From Camelus ferus (lineage: Eukaryota), in assembly GCF_009834535.1 (NCBI RefSeq), contig NC_045697.1, positions 75,332,001-75,396,000 of the forward strand: a stretch of DNA of 64,000 bases. The letters are read 5' to 3'. This document shows positions 1 through 14,000 of the stretch, piece by piece. Every line of letters starts with the position of its first letter. Positions within the stretch are counted from its first letter, which is position 1. The translations under genes were made by a program, and so were the position numbers. The notes under the pieces were generated by a model. The model worked only from the letters and a program-made list of their open reading frames with translations, was not told where the DNA came from and searched no databases.

Positions 1-329
1 TGACAAATTCATCGTACAATATGTATAATATAATCCACATTATTTTTATTAAAAGGAAAAATATCCGTATCTGTGTGTATGTATGCATGCCCCTCCTTTA
101 CAAAACAATCTGGCAGATTTAAAAGGGAATGAAATATTTTTCTCCACATAATTTTTCATCAAATATAAGTTCATGCATCATTTATATAATTAAAACAATA
201 AAACAAGCATTTTACAACCCCTACCAAAAGATGAAAGATTTAGGAAAATAGGAGAATTTAGAAATCTGGTCACAAACAGTCCTATTCCAATTCCTCCACC
301 TCAGTACAAAAATGTATACATGCCTCCTG

Positions 330-610
330 TTCCAAAAATTCTGTTTACAGGATTTTTTATAGATACATTTGAAGAAAGTTTGCAAAGACATATGTAAGAC
401 AATGTTAACTTTTTGCAGTGAAAACTAGGGTAAATTTAAATTCCACTGTTGGGGAATGTGTAAAATAACATATGACTCATCTATACACAGAGCTGTAAAA
501 AAAAAAGAGAGGAGGAAAGGGGGAGACTGCTGACAGGAAAGATTTGAAAGATAAAATTGGCAAATGTGTATCATGTTAATGAGATTCAGAGAAAAATACT
601 GAAAATCATA
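330..610 (+). mobile_element. Degraded old L1 (L1ME-like) 3' fragment
   Basis: Weak resemblance to old L1 3' end motifs (caaagacatatgtaagacaatgtt...gaaaactagg...ggaaagatttgaaagata); heavily diverged. Confidence 0.35.
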
Positions 611-1869
611 ATACCAACATTGGATTTATTTTAAAACTATTTTAACAAGTTGTTTTCTACAGGGCAACACAAGTTATTACAAAATAGGACAGGCCCCACC
701 ACACTAAAGTAAAATTATAATCATCATGTGAGAGTTTATAAGTAGGATAATGAAAAAATAAGACATAATTTCTTCTCTTCTGCAAGCCACGATTCTTTCT
801 GAAGAAAAATCGACAGCATTGGGAAAGATGTATAAGATTAGCTAAGCAGTGAACTCCAGTCAAGCACATTTTGATTACAATAGATGAAATCATCCAGTCT
901 GATAATGAGGCTTTATCGCTCATAATATAATGTTCATAAGGAAAGCAAAAGTATTAGTGGATATGTTATGTTTAAAATTACATAGAGTGTATACAAAGGG
1001 GTCATTTATGTTTGAAAGCCTTAAAAATTAATTCCTGGAAAAAAGTCCATTTCCCAGTGGCATACATCATGCAATAGATGGAGCCCAGGCTATGGCTGAC
1101 AGGTAATTTATGTACATGATCAACTTTTTAAAAAAGTAGCAACAGATGTTTTAGCGATTCACTGAATTATGCACAGCAACAATTGGTCTCCAAGAATCAT
1201 TGTAAGAGAGTCCACAAAATAATGAGTGTTAGTATCAGTGCTACTAATGAAATTAAGAATAATTCCATGAACAACAGAGTATTTTATAAGCTATGTAGAT
1301 ACTAAAGAACAAATTTAAATATTACATTCTGCAAATGGAATTAAGGGGTTCTACAAAAGAGATTTTTAAGATAATACTTGCAATGAACTTACATTATTGT
1401 CATTTTCACTCAGTTTATTAAAACTGTATAATAAAATTTACAATATTATGAAATAATGTGACATATCTTTAAGATATACTGAAATATTAAATGACATCCT
1501 TAAACTGCAGGGAAAATGAGATCAAGTTCATTAATATGGAGACAATTATCATTGGCCTTCTCACAAATTTACATCATAAATAAATAATACTCTCTGAGAA
1601 TTTACATTTTCTATGTGTTATGCACATACAAAAATAGAAATACACTAAGCATTTAATATGAATTTACACTGCAGTATCAGATTAGAGAATTAGCGTTTTT
1701 GAAAAGGATGTGGAACATATTAGCACTGTTTGTGGGAGAACACAATGAGCTAAAAAAATGACTTTGGCCAAGAGTGAATTAATCAACTCATTTACATAAG
1801 TTTTAGAATATGGTTTATTTCTCTAATCTTATATCTTTGGAAAGAAGCTAAATGGATCATGATAATATT

Positions 1870-2062
1870 TAGTTGCCCAGTGGCACAATTTTTGGCAAGC
1901 TACTCAATATTCCTATGGGTGAATCTTTTCATCTGAAAAATGGAAACTGTAAAAGTACATATGTTAGAAGTTTGTTTTGAAGATTAAATACTTCAGTATA
2001 TGCTAAGCACTTGGAACTGTTTCAAGCACACAATGAACAGCCGGCAAATATAACCTCTAATT
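1870..2062 (+). mobile_element. MIR SINE
   Basis: MIR core and tail motifs: ggcaagctactcaat...ttttcatctgaaaaatgg...ttgttttgaagattaaat...gctaagcacttggaactgt. Confidence 0.7.
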
Positions 2063-3099
2063 ACAAATATAAACATTTTAAATAACAGAATTATAAAGGA
2101 GCATTAAGGACAACTGTCACTGACTCATGCCATCACTTTCTGGGAGGTTTTAACTGGAATGCTGATTCGATCTACTGTTATCTCTGCCACACCAATCCAT
2201 CAGCTCAGCTAAGAATGACAACCAGCCCAAGAACTCTGTGAAATCCTCAAAGGAGTATCTTCCATCCCTCTTTCTAAAACTGCGTTTTTTCAGTCACGTG
2301 ACTGAAAGCACATGTTTCAGTGATTTTTTTTTTTTAACCCTGACAGCCAGTTCATCTTCCACACTAGTGCTCTGTATCCTGAGTTTACTGTCTCCTAACT
2401 TCATGTTTCTCAATCCCATATGGCGTAATTTGTTCTCATTACTCCCTTTCCCATAAGAAAATAAATACAGGCACAAAATTTATAATCAGCAAGGTTAATT
2501 TTGTGTGCTGGTGGTGGGGCGTCTGCTTTAGTGGAAATTTCCATTAAATACAAAGCCTCTCATTCCTAGTACTTCTTAGGCGTGGTTAACTGCCCACTCA
2601 CAGAGCACCTGAGTTCTGCCAGTCCACAAGGAGCAGTAAAAGGTGATATTTCAGCAGACAGACTAGGGAGTATTTGCTTTCAGCTCTTAGACGTGATATT
2701 TCGTTTGAATCCTGGACATTTTAACGTGGGATTCTTTGTTATGAGGTAAGTTTTAAACTCAGTTTGGACCAACACAAATATTACAAGCAGGTTTCTTCCA
2801 GGTATATTTTAAAAGATAACATTCAGTGGGAAATAGAGAATAAGCAGCAGAAAGGAATAATAAGTAACATAGAATTCTAATGTTGACCAAGTCCATTACT
2901 CACTAGGCAACCTGCAAAAAGTCTCTAAAATGCTTCTAGTTTTATTTCTGATTTTTTTAACTGTCTGTAAAACATAGGTACTACTTCTGTAATTTCACGT
3001 AAACTCACAGTACTTGTTGTTATTCATGTAATTGTTTTTAGTTAATATCATTTATCTTAGATTTATGCTCTAGATAGCTACTCACTGAGATACTCAGCA

Positions 3100-3280
3100 A
3101 TCTTATCTACCTTAAAGACTTCAATTACCATGAATATAGCTGAGGGTTCTCAAGGCAATGGTTTAGTCTAAATTACTTTCCTGATGTCCAGACCTATATA
3201 TCCAGCAATCTCTTGGACATCTCCACTTTTATGTCTTATGGACAATAAATACTCAACATGCACAAAAGCGAATTCATCAA
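3100..3280 (+). mobile_element. L2 LINE fragment (5' part of an L2 split by an L1 insertion)
   Basis: L2 motifs: ttcaattaccatgaatatagctga...ccagacctatatatccagcaatctcttggacatctccact...actcaacatgcacaaaagcgaattcatca. Confidence 0.7.
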
Positions 3281-4460
3281 TATGGAACCAGCTTAACAAA
3301 GAATCCCATGTTAAAATGTCCTGAATTCAAACGAAATATCAACTGCAGCAGAATTCCCATCTAAAATCTGAGAGCAAATTGAAAGCTAGCCAAATATGGG
3401 ACAATTTGTGCACTAAAATAATTAAAGGTTGTAATGAATTATAAACCACTGAAAAACAGGAGTCCACAAGCCCTTAGGTATATAATAAGTAGATAAATAA
3501 ATCAAATGCATAGGGGAGAAAGAAAGGCTCTTAGAGTACGATGCTAATTGATAAATGTGGAGAGAGTCCTGGAGTTGGAAAATCATTTTGTAACCAACGT
3601 AGTAAAGATTGGCTCACGCAAGAATCATCTATGGATGATAAATCATGGGGGTTGGGAGTAAGAGATTTTAATGAAGAGCATATGTTTATTTGTATGTGTT
3701 GGAATGTCTCTTCATAAAGTGCTTATAAGATACAAGGCAGAAAGAGGAACTATCCTCTAGAAAGACAAGGCGTCTTAACAAAGTGATCAAAATTAACATC
3801 ATCCACGAGAGGTAGATGCACATCATGTATCTCTGAATGTAACACCCTGAGATGGGCACAGCATCACATCTGTAACGTCATGACCTGGAAAGCACAACCT
3901 GAATTGAATCAAGATAAAACATCACACAAGTCCAAATGGAAAATATTCTATTATAAAAAGGAGGAGGCTATCTTAAAAAAAAGAAAAAAGGAAGACTGTG
4001 AGACAATTGAGGAACCAGTTCAGATAAGGGGAGACTAAAGAGACATACAATGAAATGCAGTATGTGATCCTGGAATGGATCCAGTTCTAGAGGGAAAAAA
4101 AGTCATAAAAGACATAATTGGATCAATTGACAAAATTGGAATGTAGATGGTACATTAAAATGTTGCATCAATGTAAAATTCCTAAAATGGCAGTGTGGTT
4201 ATGTAAAAGAATGTCCTTGTTCTTAAAAAAAAAGTATATATATATACACACTGAAATATTTAGAGATAAAAATGTATGATGTGAACAACTTACTCTTAAT
4301 GGTTCAGGGATAACTACATCTATTTATAACTAGATCTATTATCTATCTATCCATCTATCTATGTACATCTATATACAGAGAGAATAAAATGTCTAAGAGG
4401 TAATTTGTATCATTTTTGTACCTTTTCATTAAGCATGAAATTACTTCCAAATAAAAAGTG
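3281..4460 (+). mobile_element. Old L1 3' UTR (L1MC/L1ME class) inserted into L2
   Basis: L1M 3' end motifs (gagactaaagagacatacaatgaaatgcagtatgtgatcctggaatggatcc; aattggaatgtagatgg; tggttatgtaaaagaatgtccttgttctt), ending aaataaaaag, with an internal (TATC)n. Confidence 0.75.
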
Positions 4461-4484
4461 CTTTTTAAGTTTTTTTTTAAACCA

Positions 4485-5362
4485 AAAATCTTGACTTATT
4501 CCTCGTCTCCAAAACTTTCTTTCCTCCATACATAAATGAATTACATCACCAGATACTGGTTGCCCACAGAGAAACTGTGGTGTTTTCTTTAAATCATCCT
4601 TCTCTTTCATGTCTCTGTTTTAATCAACCACAAGTCATAGTGATTCTACTTCATAACTATTTCTTGACTTTGTGCATTTCTTTCCCTCTCCCTCCCTTTA
4701 CAAAGATGAAAGCAAACTGTTCCCATCTCAAGTAAGACAATTCCTGAAGATGACCATTTCAGTTGGACTACTGCAATTTAATAATGATCCTAATCCCTGA
4801 CTCCAGTCTTGACCCCCATAATTCCTCTCCACACTGCAAGCAGCAGTCTAAAGTGAAGATCTAAAGTGCAATTCTGATGGCCTTGCAGTGTTTTAAATTG
4901 TTCCCATTGCCCTTAGGATAAAGTCCTCCTTTTTTATCATGTAAACCATGTGACTCGACACTTCCCCTGCAGTTGCAGCCCATCCTTCTCATGTCCAGAT
5001 TCACCACAATGAATATCAATTTCTAGAAAAAAAAGGTATCATCTTTGTGTCTTTGTCCATGCAGTATCCTCTGGAACAATCTGTTTCCCTCTTTTCCTTG
5101 ACATTTCCCACTCATTCTTCCAGCCTCAGTATAAACATCACTTCCTGCAGGATCCCTTTCCATCCCACCCCTAAAAATTGGGGTGTCTCTGCCATATCTT
5201 GTCCTCCCTTCCTGTATTTAACAGTTCCTAACATTTCACACTTATCATTACAACTCCTTGCTCAATTGTATGTTGTCCTATTTTCTTAATCATCATTGCA
5301 TTCCCAAGTCACATTTAGAGCTTGACACTACAGAGACTAGTTGCTGTAATAAATGAATGACA
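4485..5362 (+). mobile_element. L2 LINE 3' portion (continuation after the L1 insertion)
   Basis: L2 motifs (ggactactgcaat; ctccacactgcaagc; cccattgcccttaggataaagtcc; cagcctcagtataaacatcacttcctgcagga) and the terminal aataaatgaatga. Confidence 0.75.
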
Positions 5363-5659
5363 ATGAAAATATATTAGGTTCGTATTTTTTTTAATAAAAT
5401 GGTTAACAAATCAAGGTCTTTGTCCTTATAAAAACTATTTACTAGAGAATTAATTGGACAGTACGGGCAATGTATACTGAGATACAAGAAGAAAAATTAA
5501 TGAATAACTTACATAAAATATGGAGTGGGTTTTTTGTTTTTATATTAATTGCATTGACTATTCTATGTCTAAGGCTATGCTTTGCATGGAAAAAAACAAA
5601 TACGTAAGTATTATATTCTCTTCAAGAGTTATTATTCTGGGGTTTTTATTGGAAGCAGG

Positions 5660-5850
5660 GGAGCTGGTGGTAGTACTGTAGATGGTGGTGATCCGGGCAG
5701 TAGTGCTGAGAGTGCTCCTGATGTAATGATGGTGATGGTAGTGGTGGTGGTGTGGAAGCAATGGTGGTTGTGAGGATGGGGTTGCTGGTAAAGAAGGACA
5801 CTGAATGATGATGACCATGATGAAACCAATGGTGATAATGATGGTGACAA
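5660..5850. repeat. Degenerate (GGT/GAT)n low-complexity repeat
   Basis: Runs such as gatggtgatggtagtggtggtggtg; this explains the His/Thr/Val-rich spurious ORFs on both strands. Confidence 0.85.
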
Positions 5851-5864
5851 GGAAAGACTAAGGC

Positions 5865-6060
5865 TGGCTTGGAAGTCAGGTTAAGATGCAATCCTGATTT
5901 AGCCACAGATTATCATCTTGGAAAAGTTATTTAAATTTTCCCATTATTTGTAAAATAGGGGCAATACTCATTACTATAAAGTTGAAGTGAAAATTAAATG
6001 AACTTATTTTAATACTTAATTCTTTAGGCACATAGTAGCTATTTAAGAAATGACTTTTTT
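5865..6060 (+). mobile_element. MIR SINE
   Basis: ggaagtcagg...atcctgatttagccac...aaagttatttaa...tgtaaaataggggcaata...aaattaaatga...ggcacatagtag. Confidence 0.65.
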
Positions 6061-6332
6061 TTGTTATTTATTCTTATTTATTACTGTCCTTTTTATCCTT
6101 ATCTTCAGACTTCATCAAACCCCAAGAATCTCTGAGAGTTTAAATTATTTGCTCAGTTTAAATCTTTCTTGAGCCAAATACTCCATAGTCCTTTTCAAAA
6201 TAGAACAATCATAGTTTTCAGGAGACATCACTTCTATGCATATCCTGTGTCCTAAAAGAAGCAGTGGGAAGTCTCTTATTTTTATTCATTTTTGAAGACT
6301 TAGAATTAGTTTCCCCTCACCCTTTGCAGGAT

Positions 6333-7330
6333 TGTACTAGTTAGGACTATTTGGACCACAAGTGACAAGAGCTTGACTTATATTTATTTAGTAAAACACA
6401 TACACATACATACATACACATAAATAAATATATTTGTCCACTTAACTAGAAAGTCAGAAAGTAGTACAATTATATAAAAATGTGATGCACTCAAATATTC
6501 CAACCGACTCTTATCAACTATAAGAAGAGTTCACTCATACATACATTCATAAGAAAAAGTAGCTTCCAGGAAACCCTGATGCATACATTTGACAAAAATA
6601 GACATGTTTCCTCAAATTCCATTCTCCACTTCTTCTACGATGGAATGTTTAGCTAGTCATGTAGTTATCCATGTAATGGCTACTATCTCCAGCTTTCCTT
6701 GAAGATAGGTGTGGCCATGTAAGTTACAGGCAATATGATCTGAGCAGTAGTGACTTACACATCTTCTAGTTATGCCTTTGAGGGGATGAGTTGTGTCCTC
6801 CCCCTGTTCATTCTCTTTGCACTGGCTGTAATGCAGACATAAGTTGGAGCTGCAGCAGTCATCTTGGATTGCAAGACAAAAGCTGCATGCTTAGTATTGC
6901 AGGATAACTGCATAGAATGAGCATGGGCCCTTAATGACTTGGCTGGGGAGAGCTACCATACAGATCAGACTTTTACATGATAGACTAGTAAACTTCTATC
7001 TTGTTTAATACTAACTTGAGATCTTTATAACATCAGCTGAATTATAGTCTGACAGATACAGTACTCTTCAAGCATTATTATCCAGAAAAGCAAGAATTTT
7101 CTCCTACCTCCAAAATGAGGACTCTTGGAGAAATGCATTGATTGGCCTACCTTGGGTCACATGCCTACCTTTGAACCAATCAACATTAGCAAGAGCATAG
7201 AAAAATAAGGTGCAAATCACACTCTCAGTTCTGTGACTAGGAGTGTGATATTATGTGCATGATCACAAGGCATGTGCTATTATGGTTGGCAGTCCCAACG
7301 AAATCATATTGGGTGGGAGAGCAAACATTT
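6333..7330 (-). mobile_element. MaLR LTR (old MLT1 type), interrupted by another MLT1
   Basis: One end reads tgtactagttaggactatttggaccacaagtgaca; the element resumes near 7100 with tgattggcctaccttgggtcacatgcctacctttgaaccaatca. Confidence 0.55.
6590..7060 (+). mobile_element. MaLR LTR (MLT1I/J-like)
   Basis: ccttgaagataggtgtggccatgt...ggagctgcagcagtcatcttgg...taaacttctatcttgtttaa...cagataca terminus. Confidence 0.7.
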
Positions 7331-10300
7331 TTTGAAAAGAATAGTGTTGAACAGTTAAAAACACCACTGCTCCAGAGACCGAAGATCATGAGTGAGAAAC
7401 TTTAACAATAAAGTATATTTTCCTATATTTGAAAATGCACAAGGAGAAACAACGACAAACAAAGAAACGCTTTTTTGGCTGGAGAAAGCATCCACTTTAC
7501 AACTGAGTCCTACCAAAATCAAGAATAAAACAAGTCCTCACGACATCATTAAGGGATGCCTACTCCTCTGGAATTGTCCTCACTATCTTAGTGGCTTGGT
7601 AAGAATAAGGCAAGGCTTCTAATCAATGGTTTATCAATCTGCTCTTTGACTTTGATTTCTTTCCAAACAGCTGGTCCCGTTTTAGCAGGAGATTTTAAAG
7701 ATTATGGACTTTGAAATGGAGATGAAGATTCTAAATCTGTCTCTGTTCCACAACTAAGTTTTATCCTCTTGATGGTTACAAGTGTGAGTACCTTATGCAC
7801 AGAAGAAGGGATTTATGCCCAACAAACATAAAAGCTCCTCAGAGTCCCCATGACTCCTTCACAAACTGCCTCAATCAGTCTGATGTCATGAAAGGTCCAC
7901 ATCTTCCCCAATATCACGTGCTGGAATTGGCGTAAAAGGAAGATTTTCTTACTACTTGTTTGTGGACTTAATTCCAGTGTTACATCTTATCTCTTTCTGT
8001 TTCTTCACAAGGATTGACCTCTGCTTGATTTATCTTTCTATCTCCACTTGTCCTTGCTATCTAAGCTCATAAAGCTATCTCTCCTAGGCACTCTTAAAGG
8101 TGGCTTTATTTTTCTCTTTCAGTAGCAAGTTCATGGTCTACATTGGGTAACCCCTGAACTTGAGGTTCAAATTAGCTCCTAGAACTCTCTGCCAAGAAAC
8201 TGCTCCCTAAGAGCTTCCCCACATCAAGTCACCCATTACTGTCTTGGCCTTGTGGTCGTGGCCCATTTTACACCAGCACGTTAAAGAGTAAAAGGGAGAT
8301 AAATGTTGAATCAAATCTGTCATTTAAAATTCAGTTGGTTTCTGATTCACTCATCCATTGTGCCCCTCCAAAAAGTTACAAATGTTATTTGTTAGAGCCA
8401 TTTAATGACTAAGAAGCTTTTCAGTCCTTCAGTTAAACTTCTCAAAAGAGTCTTCCGAAAAAAACAGGAAATAACTCTTTGACAAGAGTAAATGAAAGTG
8501 AATAGAAAAAAACGCTTGAAACCGTTTCCAAATTTTGAACCCAAAATACTGTCAAATATTCTCCAAATTTTATTTATCACATATTTTTTCTAGACAGCTG
8601 CCAGATAACTGATGCATGATAACATGTTAATTTCTGTTTTTTCCTCATCTTAAGGGCTTTATTCACCAAGAAGGCTAAATCCTTTTCTGCAGGTAAGCAC
8701 AAGCAGCAGCATCCTCCAGAGATTTCTAGCTTTTCCTTGAGGTCAGGAGCTGGACATCATTTGATTTTGATGTGATCCCCTTTAAAAACAACTAAGACAA
8801 GAAACTTAATTCTGCTGCAAGAAAGATCCATAATGATTCCTTTTGGACATAATGATTAAAAAAAATAAATACAGTGGAGGACCTATTTCAAATCTGGAAG
8901 TAAGAAATCTCTTAATTCCTGAAATGTGATTGCCTTCTCTAATGAAGACAGAGGACCTTTGTCAGACACTTAAAAACAATCCACAACCATTGTTATAAAC
9001 AGAAGAAATCAAATGACAGATTTCTAAATTCAGATTGATTTTTTTAATACAGGGCTAACTCAAATTAGAATTAACATTGCTAATATTTTCATTTCCATCA
9101 TTTAAAAACTTAAATGATGTGGCTAATGTACCTTGCAACTAAATTCCATGTTGACTTTAATTCTAATATTGGAGGTCAGACTAAACACCACTTGATTCTT
9201 CCAGTTATTTGATTTGTTTATTTATTTGTTCACTTGGCAGAAATAAAAATTTTAGTTGTCTCTATGTTCAAAGATAAAACTCAACATTGAGCAACATATA
9301 AAAATTCAAGACTGGAAAGATGGCCTATCCACTCTCAAAACTTTAGTAGGAACTAATCATAACCCAGAAAAACTGTTCTAATCACCTAATCTTCACTTCA
9401 CTACAAGGATAATATACAAATGAAGTATACAAAATTAGAATTAGGGGAGATTTATTGTACATATTAAGGTAAATTAAAATTGTAGCTTAATTTGTTAATT
9501 CTACTGGACAAGGTACTTGTAATTAGAAAATTAATACTCCTGAATCTTATTTCTCAAAATCCTCTCTCCTACTGACTTGCCTCATCCACCTGCCCCAGGA
9601 AAATGATTTTTAAAAAAGCCAAACAAACAAATACGAAATAAAGAACCAATTGTGACTTCCACAGCATCAAAGAGGAAAGAAAGTTTATAATATTATGAAC
9701 AAGAATCATGGATTTTTCCCCCTGGAGTAGAATAGGGGAAAAAAGGTGGGGGCGTTAAAAGACCAGGAAATGAAAGGTTTACAATTTGTCCATTAGTGTG
9801 AGAAATAGGAATTTGTAGAAAGTACTAGAACAGTTAAAGTTCTGGAAAAAAACTGAATGAAGGACACGAGAGTCAGGTAGAGAGCGAACATAAAAGTGAC
9901 AGCCTCTTTTAAGGTAGAGCTTTGCATATACTGCCTTTTTATTTTTAATTTATCAGTTTATTAAAGGATATGATAAAGAAAACAAATGAACAGCCAGTGG
10001 AAGCACATACTATGTCTTGAGCTCTGGATTTGTGTGTTTCTTGAGACAGTATGTAAAATCTATTATGTTATCTATGCATGGAATAAAAGACTGCTTATTC
10101 ACTGTGGCTTATCAAAATAGGATTAGGAAATGTTATACTTAACAACACAAGTGATCCAAAACAGACCTTTTTCACATAATTCAGTATCTAATCATAAAGA
10201 GCCAGACTCCACTCTCCTACCCAAGGCTTATGATTAGCATTAGATTTTAAGGAAAGTTTTAAAAGACCAAAGAAATAAGAATATACATCAAACTGAAATG

Positions 10301-10764
10301 TGTCCCAATATACTCTGTGCTTAATATTCATAGCTATCAGATATTTCATCACTATGACACTCTTGATAAAAAATTTTGCTGGCTGATAATGTGCATGTTT
10401 CCAAGGGCTGATAAAATTTCTAAACCTATTTATAAGGTTGACAAAAGGACCCTTGGACTTTCATATTATAAATATCTCTCTAAATAACTACATAGTAAAA
10501 GAAATTTTAAAAGCTCAATCCACTCCCCTGAGAGATAAAACATTTGGAATTTTTTTTTTTATCTTAACTGACTCTAGCAGCTCTGTTACGCTTATATAAC
10601 TAACTAGCAATAAATAAAAGTCATAACTTTGCTCTATACCTTTAAGATTTAATAAGCTTCATAAAACCTAGTTGTGTACAATTAATATTCAGAATTTGTG
10701 GATAGAATTTACTTTGAGTTTATAGAAAATGAGCACTGTTTGTGAGTGCCATACTTCACAACCC

Positions 10765-11043
10765 TTCTGGGGCCTTTGGGAGATGATTAGGTCATGAGGT
10801 CGTCAATGAAATTAGTGCACTTATCAGTGCACTTAGAGCTCTCTCACGCCTTCTACTGTGTGAAGATACAGTCAGAAGATGGCTGCCTATGAACCAGGAA
10901 GTGGGCTCTCACCAGACACTGAATCTGTCGGTACCTTGATCTTGGACTTCCTAGATTCCAAAACTGAGAAATAAATTTGTGTTGTTTTTAAGCCACCCAG
11001 TCTATGATGGTATTCTGTTATAACATCTGGAACTGACTAAAAT
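10765..11043 (+). mobile_element. MaLR LTR (MLT1A-like)
   Basis: ggggcctttgggagatgattaggtcatgagg...gaaccaggaagtgggctctcaccagacactgaatctg...ccttgatcttggacttcc...aataaatt...aagccacccagtctatg...gactaa. Confidence 0.85.
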
Positions 11044-11059
11044 AAATACTTAATTCTAA

Positions 11060-14000
11060 AAGGAAGCAAAAGCTAACATCATAGTTAATAGTGTGATGCT
11101 GGACACATTTTCCCTAAGATCAGGAATAAGGCAAGAACATCCTCTTTCACCGTGTATATTCAACCTCATATTGAAAAGCTCTATCTAATGCAATAAGACA
11201 AGAAAAGGAAATAAAGTGTATACCAGATGGGAAGGAGGAAATAAAATTGTTTTTCTGCACAGATGACATGATTGTGTATGTTAAAAATCCCAAAGAATAA
11301 AGAAAAAACAAAACAAAAAACTTCCTATAATTAATAAGTGAATATAGCAAGATTTTAGGATTTAAAAGTCAACTGCTTTCCTATATATCAGCAAATGAGA
11401 ATTTGAATTTTAAAAAATTATACCAGTTACAATAGCACCAAAAAATGAAATACTTAGGCATATACCTAAGAAAAGATGTACAGGATCCATACACAGAAAC
11501 CTACCAAAACCTAATTTAAAAATTCTATGTAAATAATTAGTCTGTGTTCATGGATTAGAAGAATCCATATTATTAAGATGTCAATTCTTTCCAATTTTAT
11601 CTATAGATTCAAGATAATCCCAATCAAAATCCTAGCAAACTATTTTGGACATATTGACAAACTGATTGTAAGGTCTGCATGGAAAGACAAAAACCCAAAA
11701 TATTCAACACAACACTGAAGAAGAAGAAAATTGGAGAACTGACAGTACTCAACTTCAAGACTAATTATAAAACTACAGAAGTCAAGACAGTATAGTATTG
11801 GCAAAAGAGCAGACATATAGATTAACAAAATGGAATAAAGAGCACAGTAACAGACTCCCCCCACAAATACAGTCAACTGATCTTTGATAAAAGAGCAAAG
11901 GCAATTTAATGGACAAAAGATCATCTTTCTAAACTTAATGTGGTAATCATTTCATGATATATATAAATCAAATTGTTATGCTGCACAACTTAAACTTACC
12001 CAGTGCTGTATGTCAATTATATCTATATAAAACTGGAAGAAAAAAAGGCTAATCTTTAAACAAATGATACTGGAAAAACTGGATATCCATATGCAAAAGT
12101 ATCATGAAAAGTAACTCAGAATGGATCATTCTCCTCTACGTAAAATGCAAAACTATAAAACTTTTAGAATAAAACATAGGGGAAAATCTAGGTGATCTTG
12201 GGTTTGGTGAAGAATTTTTGCATACATCACCAAAAGCATAACACAGAAAAGAAAAAAAAAACTGATGTTAGACTTTATTAAAATTAAAAACTTCTCTCTG
12301 CAAAGACACTGTTAAGAAAATGAAAAGGCAAGCCACAGACTGAGGCAAAAAAACCTTTGCAAAACACATATCTGATAAAGAACTTTCACCCAAAATATAC
12401 AAAGACCACTTCAAATTCAACAGTAAGAAAACCAATAACCCAACTAAAAAATGAGTAAAAGATCTGAACAGACACCTCGCCAAAAAAGATAGACAAATAG
12501 CAAATAAGACCTCAATATCATTTGCCATTAGGTAATTGCAAATTAAAACAATGAGATACTGCTATACATCTATTAGAATGGCAAACAGTTTTTTTAAACT
12601 GACAATAGCAATTTCTGGTGACAATGTGGAGCAGCAGGAACTCTTAGTCATTTCTGGTGGGATTTCAAAAATGATCCGGCCACTTTGGAAGATAATTTGA
12701 CAGTTTCTTACAAAGCTAAACGTAGTTTTCCCATATAATCTAGAAATCATTCTCTTAGGTATTTACCCAACTGATGTGAAAAGTTATGTCAACACAAAAA
12801 TCTGCATATGGATGTTTATAGCAGCTTTATTCGTAATTGTCAAAACTTGGAAGCAGCCAGATGTCTTTCATTGGTAAATGCATAAACAAACTGTGATACA
12901 TTTATGCAATGGTATATTATTCAGCGATAAAAAGAAATGAACTTGCAAGGCATGAAAAACATGAATTTTAAATGCATATGCTAAGTGCTTTCGCTTCTTT
13001 AAATCAGCCTGAACATACTATATTCCATATGATCTCAATTAGATGACAGTATGGAGAAATTAAAAATATATGAAGAGTAAATAGATCAGTGTTTGTGAGG
13101 GACTCAGGGAGACGGAGGAGGGTTGAATAGATGGGATGCAGGGGAGATGTTAGGGCAGTGAAACCATTCTTTATGACATTGTAATTTGGAATGCATGACA
13201 GTCTGCATTTCTGAAAACCCACAGAATGCTAACACAAGAGTGAACCTTAATGTAGGCAAAGTGAAAAAAAAATATTTAGGGTGTCAGGGGATCTCAGAAT
13301 GGAATGTAGAGTATGTCAAAACAATCTAACTATATTACAGATATATAAAGCAATCTCACTGAAGGGTGGTGGGGATAAAGGTACAGACCCATGGAACTTT
13401 GAAAATGAATGGAGTCTCTATGACTAAAGGCAAAAGAAATTGTGCATTATCACTGGATTCTAGTTGATCAAGCTGTTTCCCATGGAAGTATGCACAAAGA
13501 ATTCTGATACTGTGATACATGTATGCTGGAACTGAGTAATTAGGTCAATGGATGGTGGCTGGTGGCAGCCAGGCATCTCCCCATTGGAGTGGGAGTTCAG
13601 AGATGAGTATGGACAGGAAGCTAAAGTGACCCATGTGGTCATGGATTAGATTGGAGACATCAGTGTGAACTCATCTTTAGCGTAAGATACAGACAGATAG
13701 TTACATAATTATTTATAGATATGGTGTATACACAGAGTAAAATAAAGACATGTTTCCTTGTTCAGTCAATTGAGAGCGCCTGGATGCAATGACATCCGGG
13801 TAGCAAATACGCAGCACCCAGATTGTCTATTCTAGTACCAATAAAATGAAACCAGGACTCCTTGGAGAAATGCCTGACTCTAGGTCTGGGGCAGAAAATA
13901 CATAACATAAGCCTGGAGCATGTTAGAGCACCAAAAAGTAAGAAGGAGCTAAAATCACTTTTTTCACATATCCTGCAATGATAGAAGTAAGTCAAAGGGC

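Noticed and set aside
5558..5906. Overlapping His/Thr/Pro/Val-rich ORFs
   Set aside because: Artefact of the (GGT/GAT)n low-complexity repeat
9945..10005. Short match to ERV LTR motif (gtttattaaaggatatgataaag...aatgaacagccag)
   Set aside because: Only about 50 bp; too short to assign by eye
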